DNA of 64,000 nucleotides, from contig JAGOUW010000001.1 in the NCBI GenBank assembly GCA_018061075.1, positions 167,105 to 231,104 of the forward strand. The letters run 5' to 3'. Within the stretch, counting starts at the first letter, position 1; every line of letters starts with the position of its first letter. The notes below the pieces were generated by a model, which had not been told where the DNA came from, did no database searches, and saw only the letters and a list, made by a program, of their open reading frames with translations. Below, one piece after another: positions 46,146-54,645 of this stretch. This DNA is from Candidatus Levyibacteriota bacterium. Its GTDB lineage: Bacteria > Patescibacteriota > Microgenomatia > Levybacterales > UBA12049. The translations under genes were made by a program, and so were the position numbers.

Positions 46146-46811
46146 ATGGAAACATCAGTAATTGTTAGAGTTAAAAACGAAAAAGAAAATCTCCAAAAAC
46201 TTTTTATAATTCTTAAAGATCAAACTTATCAAGATTTCGAACTAGTAATTGTTAATAATAATTCAATAGACGGATCCGAAAAAATAGTTTTTGATTATTT
46301 CTCAAAGAATCGCATTCAAGTTATTTTGATTAAAGATTTTTCTTATTCCAAGGCGTGTAATTTGGGAGCAGAAAAGGCAAAAGGAAAATATTTAGTATTT
46401 TTATCTGCGCATTCGTTTCCTGTTTCCAAGACTTGGCTTATGGATGGTTTAAGTAATTTTAAAAGCGATAAGGTGGCCGGAGTTTTTGCATTTCCAGTTG
46501 CTGGAGAAGAATCTACGTTAGCTGAAAAAATCATAGGTTTTCCTAATAAATATAAAAAGGGAGGGCATTTAGGAAATACGAATTCTATTATAAGACTTGA
46601 TTTGTGGGAAAAGCATAAGTTTGATGAAAGTTTGATAGTCTCAGAAGATCTCGAATGGTCGATGTATTTTAAGCGTAAAGGATATGAAATAATTAATGAT
46701 CCTAGGTTTAGAGTAACTCATTCGCACCATTTAGGTCTTCTCGGAATTATCAAAAAACATTTGATTTGGCAAAATTCAAAAAAAGAAATTCGAAATAAGT
46801 TTCAAAACTGA
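46146..46811 (+). CDS. Family-2 glycosyltransferase
   Basis: SVIVRVKNEKENL...ELVIVNNNSIDGS...SEDLEW (DxD-like). ATG 46146 preferred to TTG 46143. Confidence 0.7.
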   Translation: METSVIVRVKNEKENLQKLFIILKDQTYQDFELVIVNNNSIDGSEKIVFDYFSKNRIQVILIKDFSYSKACNLGAEKAKGKYLVFLSAHSFPVSKTWLMDGLSNFKSDKVAGVFAFPVAGEESTLAEKIIGFPNKYKKGGHLGNTNSIIRLDLWEKHKFDESLIVSEDLEWSMYFKRKGYEIINDPRFRVTHSHHLGLLGIIKKHLIWQNSKKEIRNKFQN

Positions 46812-46823
46812 TAAGATATATAT

Positions 46824-47885
46824 ATGGATAATTCTGCCCTGAGTTTTGATGCTCAACTTCAAGTTTTAGAAAAAAAGATTACCGATGCCTCTTTGCCTCC
46901 TGAGCTTTTGGAAAAAGCTCGTGGCATGATAAGTATTTTAAAGATTTCACTCAAGCAAGCAGGAAATTATTCTAATTTAGAAAGTGTTTCAAATTATTTA
47001 AATGTTATTTCTCAGATCCCGTTTGCATCTCAAACAAAAGATAATTTGGATTTGGGATATGCTAAGCAAGTTTTAGATAAAAACCATTACGGACTTACTG
47101 GAGTTAAAGACACAATCTTAGAATATCTTGCATCTCTAATTCTTAATCTTAAAAGTGGGCAGAAGGCAAATCGCGCGCCTATTCTTTGTTTGGTAGGACT
47201 TGTTGGAACAGGTAAAACTACACTGGCCTCGTCAATTGCCCAGTCTATGGGTAGAACCTTTGAAAGAATCCCTCTGGGAGGAATGGGGGATGCTAGAGAT
47301 TTAAGAGGTCAGTCTCGTCTTTATTCAGACGCAGAGCCTGGACAAATTATAAAAAAAATTATTCATGCTAAATCAAAAAACAGCGTAATACTTTTGGATG
47401 AGTTAGATCGCGTAACTGAGGGTGCAAGAGCAGATATTATGGGAGTTTTAGTTGAGCTTCTTGATCCAGAGCAAAATCATGCTTTCACAGATCATTATGT
47501 AGATTACCCAATCGATCTATCAGAAGTTTTATTTGTAGCAACAGTAAATAATACTACTAACATAGCAACAGCTGTATTAGACCGTTTGGAATTAGTTCAG
47601 ATGCCTTCGTATTCAGATGAAGAGAAATTTATGATCGGAAAAAATTATCTGTTCCCAAAAATCTCTCAGCAATCAGGACTTCCTCCAAAGATTTTAAAGA
47701 TTGAAGATGATATTTGGCCTGTTATTGTTCGGCCTTTAGGTTATGATTCTGGAATTAGATCCTTGGAACGCACCATCGAAGGAATCTGCAGAAAGGTTGC
47801 AAGATTAATAGTTGAGGGTAAAGTCGGCAAAAATGTTATAATAACACTGAATTCGCAGAACATTGCTCAGTTTTTGCCTCATTAA
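46824..47885 (+). CDS. Lon-like AAA+ module without LON N-domain or protease domain
   Basis: HYGLTGVKDTILEYLA, GLVGTGKTTLASSIAQSMGRTFERIPLGGMGDARDLRG, VILLDELDRV and LDRLELVQMPSY are collinear with the Lon ATPase core. The ORF ends at 353 aa, before any Ser-Lys protease domain. Confidence 0.7.
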   Translation: MDNSALSFDAQLQVLEKKITDASLPPELLEKARGMISILKISLKQAGNYSNLESVSNYLNVISQIPFASQTKDNLDLGYAKQVLDKNHYGLTGVKDTILEYLASLILNLKSGQKANRAPILCLVGLVGTGKTTLASSIAQSMGRTFERIPLGGMGDARDLRGQSRLYSDAEPGQIIKKIIHAKSKNSVILLDELDRVTEGARADIMGVLVELLDPEQNHAFTDHYVDYPIDLSEVLFVATVNNTTNIATAVLDRLELVQMPSYSDEEKFMIGKNYLFPKISQQSGLPPKILKIEDDIWPVIVRPLGYDSGIRSLERTIEGICRKVARLIVEGKVGKNVIITLNSQNIAQFLPH

Positions 47886-47893
47886 AATTTGAT

Positions 47894-49549
47894 ATGGATA
47901 ATACTTTAAAATACATTCCTCTTGGAGGAGTCACAGGTGTAACTAAGAACATGCATCTTTATGAATATAATGATCAGGTTCTTATTGTGGATTGTGGCCT
48001 TGGTTTTGCGGACGAAACGATGATAGGTGTGGATCTCATGCTTCCTGATGTTTCATATTTCCAAAAAAATCCAAATAAAAAAATCATAGGAATTGCGATA
48101 ACTCATGGCCATGAAGATCATCTTGGGGCACTTCCTTATGTTCTTCCTCAGCTCCAGGGAAATTTTAATATCTACGCAACGCCTCTAACTGCAGGGTTTA
48201 TTAATGGAAAATTAAAAGAATTTGGAATAAATAAAAAAGCCATAAGTGTTAATTTTGATAAAGATATTTTACTCGGAAATTTCATGTTGTCGTTTATCAG
48301 AGTGACGCATTCAGTGCCAGATACGTCAAATATTTTTATCAAAACTCCTGTTGGAAATATTTATCATGGTTCAGATTTTAAATTTGATATGACTCCATAT
48401 GATGGAAAGAAAAGTGACTTTGCGAAGATTGTAAGAAAAGCAGATGAAGGAATAATGTGCCTTATGTCTGACTGTCTTGGGTCAGAAAGATCCGGATTTA
48501 CTGAGACTGAGATTGGGATTGGAAATAAATTATTTGAGGAAATGAGAAATACTCAGGGCAAATTTATTCTCACTACTTATTCTTCAAATATTGCCAGACT
48601 AAATCAGGTGGTGGATGCTGCAAGAACATTAAATAGAAGAATCTGTTTCGTTGGCCGTTCACTTCTAAAAGCTAAAGATATAGCGACAGAGCTCGGTTAC
48701 ATGAAGATCGATAAAAACATGGAAATTGAGCTCAAAGACATCAGAAATTATAACAATAAGCAAATTGTTTTAGTTGTAGCGGGAAGTCAGGGTCAGGAAA
48801 ATTCTGCATTATCAAGAATTGCCAGAGGAGATCATAGAGACATCGTAATTAACTCTAAGGACACTGTCGCATTTTCTTCTGATGCAATTCCAGGAAATGA
48901 GGTAGCAGTAAATTCATTAATTGACGATCTCGCAAAATCTGGCGCTAGAGTTTTATATTCTGATGTAGCTCACGGTCTTCACGTTTCAGGTCACGGCCCT
49001 CAGGGAGATTTATCTCTTATGATGAGTCTAGTGCGTCCTAAAAAAGTTCTTCCAATTGGCGGAGGATATAAGCATATGATTGCATATAAATCTTTGGCAA
49101 TTAAAAATGGATTTTTAGAAAAAGATGTTTTGCTTCCTGATGACGGACAAGAAGTAATTTTTACTAAGACTGACGCAAAGCTTGGTAAAAAGATATCTCT
49201 TCAAAATGTGTATGTAGATCAAGTTTCAGGAGAAGAAGTGGATACTTTTGTGTTACGTGACCGAGAAAAGATTTCTAAAGAAGGAGTAGTTATAGTGCTT
49301 GCAGAAATTGATACTTTTGGAGGACTTGTCGACAAACCAAATATTATTGTTAGAGGTTTTTCAGGTGCTGAGGTAAATGAATTAATTAACGGTTTATCAT
49401 CAGAAATTAGTATGAATTTAAAACCTAAGAAAACAAAAATTAATGACTGGAATTATCTAAGACGAAATATAGGAAATATTTCTGAAAGATACTTATTAAA
49501 AAAGCTCAAGCGTCGTCCCCTCGTTCTACCGGTTGTGATAGAAGTTTAA
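47894..49549 (+). CDS. rnj: Ribonuclease J
   Basis: Metallo-beta-lactamase ITHGHEDHLGALPY, a beta-CASP region, HVSGHG, and a C-terminal domain. Confidence 0.9.
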   Translation: MDNTLKYIPLGGVTGVTKNMHLYEYNDQVLIVDCGLGFADETMIGVDLMLPDVSYFQKNPNKKIIGIAITHGHEDHLGALPYVLPQLQGNFNIYATPLTAGFINGKLKEFGINKKAISVNFDKDILLGNFMLSFIRVTHSVPDTSNIFIKTPVGNIYHGSDFKFDMTPYDGKKSDFAKIVRKADEGIMCLMSDCLGSERSGFTETEIGIGNKLFEEMRNTQGKFILTTYSSNIARLNQVVDAARTLNRRICFVGRSLLKAKDIATELGYMKIDKNMEIELKDIRNYNNKQIVLVVAGSQGQENSALSRIARGDHRDIVINSKDTVAFSSDAIPGNEVAVNSLIDDLAKSGARVLYSDVAHGLHVSGHGPQGDLSLMMSLVRPKKVLPIGGGYKHMIAYKSLAIKNGFLEKDVLLPDDGQEVIFTKTDAKLGKKISLQNVYVDQVSGEEVDTFVLRDREKISKEGVVIVLAEIDTFGGLVDKPNIIVRGFSGAEVNELINGLSSEISMNLKPKKTKINDWNYLRRNIGNISERYLLKKLKRRPLVLPVVIEV

Positions 49550-49561
49550 GTCAACTATAAT
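49533..49561 (+). promoter_or_regulatory. Putative sigma70 promoter with leaderless geometry for ORF 49570
   Basis: TTGTGA (49533..49538), 17 nt, TATAAT (49556..49561), then 8 nt and ATG 49570. It lies within the 3' end of rnj. Confidence 0.4.
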
Positions 49562-49569
49562 CCATTCTT

Positions 49570-50106
49570 ATGGAAAGACCAGTTTCACGACCTGATGCTA
49601 TTCAATATGACCCTTCATTTGCAGCTAGATTTCACTCTGATGCAAGAAAGATGGATAGAAAGTTTAGATTTTCAGATGCTGTAGGTTTGCAAGGAGTAGA
49701 TCAACAAACGCTTGTGATGTATCTAGGACTAAGACAGTTAAGGGAAGAAGCATTTTTAGCAAATAATCTTGGATTCCATGGTTTACGAGGATTTATAAAT
49801 CCCACCATTCACTATATTCATAGGCTTCAGGGAGTGAGAAATCCATATCAAGCTGCAAGAGATAGTTATGAAGCTTCCTATAGTGCCCATATTGCCAATG
49901 AATATCCGGAGGAAGCAAGGCAAAGAGTTTATCCAATTCAAAGTAGTGTAAATGATTTAATTTTAAGATTTAGCGTTAGACACGAAATGAGAGCTTCACG
50001 AGGAGGAATCGCTTTTGATATGTGGGTTCCGCGAAGAGAAATAGTAGAGGAGTGGGGAAATCATTGGAGAGAAAGACTTTCTACTCAAAGAGAAGCGGGA
50101 TTGTAA
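49570..50106 (+). CDS. Hypothetical protein (R/E/A-rich, no TM)
   Basis: 178-aa ORF, no family recognised. It looks G+C-richer than its neighbours. Its 3' end overlaps the convergent ORF 50081..50563 by 26 nt. Confidence 0.45.
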   Translation: MERPVSRPDAIQYDPSFAARFHSDARKMDRKFRFSDAVGLQGVDQQTLVMYLGLRQLREEAFLANNLGFHGLRGFINPTIHYIHRLQGVRNPYQAARDSYEASYSAHIANEYPEEARQRVYPIQSSVNDLILRFSVRHEMRASRGGIAFDMWVPRREIVEEWGNHWRERLSTQREAGL

Positions 50107-50563
50107 CTTTATCTATTTGAGATCCGTCTTTTGCACTATATTGAAAAACATCTAAAGTTCCAGTTTCTGATTCAGTATCATAACTTATCATCTTCTCAAA
50201 CGGACCGAATTGTCCTGTGTCAGGAGCATTTGCTAACGTAAAAGTTTCTGTTAGTACGTTTCCCTCTGAGTCATAAAGTCTAATCGCTACATTGCTTTCA
50301 AAAGTCCTAGCATTTCCTTTTACTACAAAGTCCGATTTTATTTTGTCCCCTGATCTCGGAGAAAGGACCTCAATATTTCGAGATGAAGAAGGAGCCATGG
50401 AAATAACCTCTACTGAATTGTTACCGGGGATAATGGTAGGGTAAGGTGTAACGGATGCAAATGGATTAGAAACAGTTTTTACGGAGAAATTATTTGCTAT
50501 AAAAAGCAAAGAGAATAATGCCAGAGCAAGTACTAGGAGTAAAAGAATGTGTTCTTTTCTCAA
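50081..50563 (-). CDS. Gmad2-like immunoglobulin-fold secreted protein
   Basis: N-terminal TM/signal. VKGNARTFESNVAIRLYDSEGNVL...TLDVFQYSAKDGS is a pattern typical of Gmad2 Ig-like domains. Confidence 0.5.
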   Translation of the reverse strand: MRKEHILLLLVLALALFSLLFIANNFSVKTVSNPFASVTPYPTIIPGNNSVEVISMAPSSSRNIEVLSPRSGDKIKSDFVVKGNARTFESNVAIRLYDSEGNVLTETFTLANAPDTGQFGPFEKMISYDTESETGTLDVFQYSAKDGSQIDKVTIPLLFE

Positions 50564-50597
50564 GATCTAGATATATTAGCGGTTTTAGAGAATCAAG

Positions 50598-50870
50598 TCA
50601 AACCTGCCTATTTTTTCTTCTCCTAGTTTTTATTTTTGTGGCTCTTCCGCCTTTAGTACCAACTAAGCTGTAGTCTTCGTTCGAATTAGAATTTTGATTG
50701 CTCTTCCTATAAAAATAGTAAACAGCAATAATCACTAAAATTATCCCCAAGTTTAGGAATACATTTAAAGATCCTATAGGATCTGTTACAGCATATCTAA
50801 TTTGTGCCGGAGATAGCGTAGCAATAGCAACTATTAAAGAAAATATAATTACTGTATATGGATTAACCAT
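50598..50870 (-). CDS. Small membrane protein
   Basis: 90 aa, two TM helices, basic C-terminus. Confidence 0.4.
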   Translation of the reverse strand: MVNPYTVIIFSLIVAIATLSPAQIRYAVTDPIGSLNVFLNLGIILVIIAVYYFYRKSNQNSNSNEDYSLVGTKGGRATKIKTRRRKNRQV

Positions 50871-50933
50871 GAGCTTATATTAGTTTTTAGTCTTATAATG
50901 GAAGTATAAAAAAGGTAAAGAATCTGCAAGAGG

Positions 50934-51596
50934 TTAGCAGCTGAATTGTTTCATGCAGGCGGTTTTTGCGTCTCCAGAAAGTGAGTTGCAAATTGAACAT
51001 TCGGATGATGCAGCAGTACCGGTTGGAGCATTTGACGCTCCCTTCATGACTCCTTGCATCATTGCAGAAATATCTTGAAATTTAATATTAGTTGGAGGAG
51101 TGAATATGGTTGTGTCCGCTGTCCAATCAGAGCAGTCATACTCTGCATTTAAATTAGGGTCAAAGTATTTTTTTGAATCTTCGTTGTTAACATATTCATC
51201 AATAGACATTGTCATTTTCAACCCAGTGTTGTTTGGGAAATCACTTCCCCAAATATAATTTTCGTCTTCGTTCCTAACGACATAAATAGTAGAAGATTTG
51301 CCGTTAGTAGAGCTCGTTACTTCCGTCCTCATATTTTGTCCAGCGATATATGCTGTACCAGATGTCGAATTTCCGCTTTCGTCTGCATATGTGAAGGTAC
51401 ATTCCTGAGTTTTTCCTGATTTCAGAATGGAAGCTAAATTACTTTCTAAAGAAGTGGTCTCTTTTGATTCATCTGTTGCTACAGTTGCAGTAGGCTCGGA
51501 ATCGTTTTTATTCTGAGAGTAGAGGAAGACACCGACTGCCCCAGCAAGTATAACAACTGCGGCGATTATTCCAATAATTGCTTGTTTGTTTTGCAC
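50934..51596 (-). CDS. Membrane-anchored extracytoplasmic protein with a Cys-rich C-terminus
   Basis: 220 aa with an N-terminal TM anchor. Several Cys residues include CSICNSL...CMKQFSC at the end. Confidence 0.45.
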   Translation of the reverse strand: MQNKQAIIGIIAAVVILAGAVGVFLYSQNKNDSEPTATVATDESKETTSLESNLASILKSGKTQECTFTYADESGNSTSGTAYIAGQNMRTEVTSSTNGKSSTIYVVRNEDENYIWGSDFPNNTGLKMTMSIDEYVNNEDSKKYFDPNLNAEYDCSDWTADTTIFTPPTNIKFQDISAMMQGVMKGASNAPTGTAASSECSICNSLSGDAKTACMKQFSC

Positions 51597-51674
51597 ATGG
51601 GTATTGTATTCTTGAAGTAAAAAAATGTCAAGAATATTGCAATTATATTTTGAACCGTTAGAATTAGATAGTTA

Positions 51675-52352
51675 ATGGATCTAGAAAATAAAAATATATT
51701 AATAACGGGTTCTAGTAAAGGAATTGGCGAGCAAATCGCCTATGCTTTTTCCAAAGAAAAATGCAGGATAATCATTACTTACAATAGTGATATTAGTGGC
51801 GCACAAAAAGTGGCACATAAATGTAAGGATTTGGGTGCTGATGACGTTTTAATTTTAAAATTAGACACTAGAGATGATGAGAATATTAAAAAAGCAGTTG
51901 AAGAGGTGGTCGAGAAGTTTGGACATATTGATATTCTTATAAATAATGCTGGGGTAATCGGTTGGGAGAAATTTGAGAACGAATCATTTGATGAGATAGA
52001 AGGACAGGTCGGAACAAATCTTTTAGGAATGATTAAAATGACTTCTGCGTCATTCTCTCAAATAAAAGAAGGGATTATTAATATCGCAAGTCGGGCTGGA
52101 CATCTTCCCTACCCTGGTCGGGCTGTATATTGTGCGACGAAGTTTGGGGTCATAGGTTTTACAAAAAGTCTTGCGCTAGAATATCCAGATCTTCGAATTT
52201 TTTCTGTCTCACCTGGTGCTGTTAAGACAGAAATGTGGAATTTTGATTCAGGTGTAGATCCAGCAAAAATAGCAGATATGATTGTAAAAGGTTGGAAAGG
52301 TGAGATACCACTCAAAGATGGAGATCTTAATCTCTGGGAGATAATTAAATAG
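51675..52352 (+). CDS. Short-chain dehydrogenase/reductase (SDR)
   Basis: ITGSSKGIGEQIA (TGxxxGxG), NNAG, and YCATKFG (YxxxK). Confidence 0.85.
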   Translation: MDLENKNILITGSSKGIGEQIAYAFSKEKCRIIITYNSDISGAQKVAHKCKDLGADDVLILKLDTRDDENIKKAVEEVVEKFGHIDILINNAGVIGWEKFENESFDEIEGQVGTNLLGMIKMTSASFSQIKEGIINIASRAGHLPYPGRAVYCATKFGVIGFTKSLALEYPDLRIFSVSPGAVKTEMWNFDSGVDPAKIADMIVKGWKGEIPLKDGDLNLWEIIK

Positions 52353-52952
52353 TTATTTTGATTCTAGGCTTTTCCAAAGAATACGACTTGCTATTGTGCG
52401 ATGTGGAGACCATAGTTTACTAATTTCTAAAAGTTTTTCTTTGTTTGGTTTTTCTTCAAGTTTATAAATTTTTATAATTGCGTTTTGTAGTCCTAAATCA
52501 CCAGCTGAAAAAATATCAGACCTACCTAAGGTAAACATTAAAAACATTTCTGCAGTCCACTGCCCCACTCCTTTTAATTTTATTAACTCCCCTATTACTT
52601 CTTCATCAGACATCGAATCAAGTTTTTTTAAGTCCAATTGTTTGTTAATTATCGCTTCTGCAATTCCTTTTATATATTTAATTTTGCTAAATGAAATTCC
52701 CGCTTCCCGGATTTTTTGGTCTGGAATTGTTAATAATTCTTTAGGATTTATTTTTTCGTTTTTAAATAATTTTTCAAATCTTCCAAAAATAGTATCTGCG
52801 GCTTTTATAGATAGTTGTTGACTTACAATCGATTCCACTAAGTCTATAAAATAGTCATCGGGTTTGATTTGTTTGGAAAGTTCAATCTTGATCGCAACTT
52901 TATATAAAATTGGATCTACTTTTTTAAAATGAATGAGTGCTTTATCTGTCAA
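52353..52952 (-). CDS. alkA: DNA-3-methyladenine glycosylase II (HhH-GPD, AlkA/Mag-like)
   Basis: LKGVGQWTAEMFLMFTLGRSDIFSAGDLGL, a helix-hairpin-helix plus a catalytic Asp. Confidence 0.8.
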   Translation of the reverse strand: MTDKALIHFKKVDPILYKVAIKIELSKQIKPDDYFIDLVESIVSQQLSIKAADTIFGRFEKLFKNEKINPKELLTIPDQKIREAGISFSKIKYIKGIAEAIINKQLDLKKLDSMSDEEVIGELIKLKGVGQWTAEMFLMFTLGRSDIFSAGDLGLQNAIIKIYKLEEKPNKEKLLEISKLWSPHRTIASRILWKSLESK

Positions 52953-54231
52953 TTAATTTATAACCTCTTGTTTTAATTGTAACAATTTCATAATTTTTAT
53001 CATGATCTTTAAGTTTGTTCCTAACTCTAGCTACTAATCTGTCAATTGCCCAGTCAGTAACTCCAAGAGATTCTGCTTCCGGCCAGACAGCTTCTATTAT
53101 CTCTTCCCTTTCACAAATTTCATTTTTATTTTCTTCCAGAAATTTTAAAAGTAAATTTTCTTTTTTAGAAAAATCAGTATTATTTTTTTCTTTTCTTTTT
53201 TCCTCAGCTTTTGATTTTATAAATAAATCAAAAATTGGGTTAAATATTTTAAAAGTTTTTAAATCAAAAAATCCTGTATTTATTAAATATTCCCCTTCTT
53301 TAATTTCACTTTCCGTTAATTTTTTTTCTGACTCTATTTTAAGTAGTATGTCTTGTTCTGATGAAGACAAGCTCTCCCAAAGTTCTTCTGATTGAAGAGA
53401 AATTCTTTCATCGTTTTTCAGAAAATCAAATAGTTCGTTGGGCTTTATATTTCCATTTTCTTTTAGTGAAATTAATGCAAACTGTAAATATTGAGTATGT
53501 CCATCAACAAGCTTTAATAACTCTGTAATCATTTCTTCGGAAAGTTTTAAATCATATTGCTTGATACTCGATTCAAAAACTGTTTTTATGTCAGATTTTT
53601 TATTTGGTTTTATGTACAGGTTGTCAGAAAAAATTAATAAAGATTGCTTGGTAAAAATAGTAGGCTCTAAATGGTTTAAAGGCCGGGCACTTGTAAAAAC
53701 ATAAGATAGTCGGTTGTGAGTAGATTCGATTAACCCCTGAAAATTTGCGAAGAAATCATGAGTAATAGAATCTTTCATTCGATCAAATCTTAAGAAAAAT
53801 ATAGTAGGGAGATAACCTTCGTCACATAGAAGCACCAAGCTTTTTCTTAAATAATCTATTGTTAAGAAAAGATCTTGTGACTGGATACTATCCAAAAAAT
53901 ATAACGCAATTTGTTTCTTTATTCTCTGCGGTAAATCAGAATCTTCGATAGCATCTGCCAGTCTTTTAAAAGTTAAAATCCAAAAAGGATAAATTTCTCT
54001 TTCTACCAAATCATTTAAATCGACTGGAATAATTATGTATTTTTTATCGTCTAAATATTTTTTAGTAATCCCGTTATGATTCAAAAAGAATCTAAGAAAA
54101 TTACTAATTCCAACTCTAAGCATTCCAGTGAGCACAACGGATCTTCTATTTATAATATGGGTTCCAAGGTTTTTAGCGTCATCTTCACGGAAGTTAATTG
54201 GATAAGTTTGTTCAATTAGGTTGGGATTCAT
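52942..54231 (-). CDS. OmpR/PhoB-type winged-helix regulator fused to an N-terminal degenerate P-loop (AAA/STAND-like) domain
   Basis: The C-terminal REEIIEAVWPE...AIDRLVARVRNKL...IVTIKTRGYKLI matches trans_reg_C. The N-terminal VVLTGMLRVGISN is Walker-A-like with K replaced by I, and IFFLRFD is Walker-B-like. Overlaps alkA by 11 nt. Confidence 0.6.
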   Translation of the reverse strand: MNPNLIEQTYPINFREDDAKNLGTHIINRRSVVLTGMLRVGISNFLRFFLNHNGITKKYLDDKKYIIIPVDLNDLVEREIYPFWILTFKRLADAIEDSDLPQRIKKQIALYFLDSIQSQDLFLTIDYLRKSLVLLCDEGYLPTIFFLRFDRMKDSITHDFFANFQGLIESTHNRLSYVFTSARPLNHLEPTIFTKQSLLIFSDNLYIKPNKKSDIKTVFESSIKQYDLKLSEEMITELLKLVDGHTQYLQFALISLKENGNIKPNELFDFLKNDERISLQSEELWESLSSSEQDILLKIESEKKLTESEIKEGEYLINTGFFDLKTFKIFNPIFDLFIKSKAEEKRKEKNNTDFSKKENLLLKFLEENKNEICEREEIIEAVWPEAESLGVTDWAIDRLVARVRNKLKDHDKNYEIVTIKTRGYKLIDR

Positions 54232-54276
54232 GGTGACATTTTAATTGTTTAAAAGCACATAAGCAAACAGATTTTT

Positions 54277-54299
54277 TGTCAGGAAAGTGTCAGGAAAAG
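54277..54299. promoter_or_regulatory. Tandem direct repeat TGTCAGGAAA(G) x2 in the divergent intergenic region
   Basis: tgtcaggaaag (54277..54287) followed directly by tgtcaggaaaag (54288..54299). On the minus strand each copy reads TTCCTGACA, which contains a -35-like CTGACA. Confidence 0.4.
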
Positions 54300-54348
54300 A
54301 TCGGAAAAAAATCAAGCCAGCATTTTAAATCTAGTTTATTATGGTGCA

Positions 54349-54642
54349 ATGGTAAGTGAAGTAAGACAAGCACCAGCGAACGCAAAAGATTTTAGCGCAA
54401 CGCGTTCTGGAATAAGAAAATTAGGCACTCTCGTTCCGACAAGTGAAGTTAGTCCAACTGGTAGTTTGATGCGAAGAACTTTAAGATTTGTTCCGCATGA
54501 AGCGCCACCCGTACCAGAACTTAGAGCTGGAAGCGGAATTGGCCAAGCAGGACCTGGAATTGGAGAACCTGCACCAGTCGGAGCGCAATCCTTCGCACCT
54601 GTTCCAGTTTTTGAAGCCCCATTAGGAGAACAAAGGATTTAA
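54349..54642 (+). CDS. Hypothetical low-complexity ORF, in frame with the downstream GlpX-like ORF
   Basis: 97 aa, P/G/A-rich. It ends in TAA at 54640..54642 and lies in the same reading frame as ATG 54646. TATTAT at 54337..54342 is 6 nt upstream of the ATG. Confidence 0.3.
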   Translation: MVSEVRQAPANAKDFSATRSGIRKLGTLVPTSEVSPTGSLMRRTLRFVPHEAPPVPELRAGSGIGQAGPGIGEPAPVGAQSFAPVPVFEAPLGEQRI

Positions 54643-54645
54643 TTT

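Noticed and set aside
53015-53395. 126-aa plus-strand ORF inside the wHTH regulator gene
   Set aside because: It is an S/F/L-rich shadow frame of an AT-rich minus-strand gene whose C-terminal domain is clearly recognisable.
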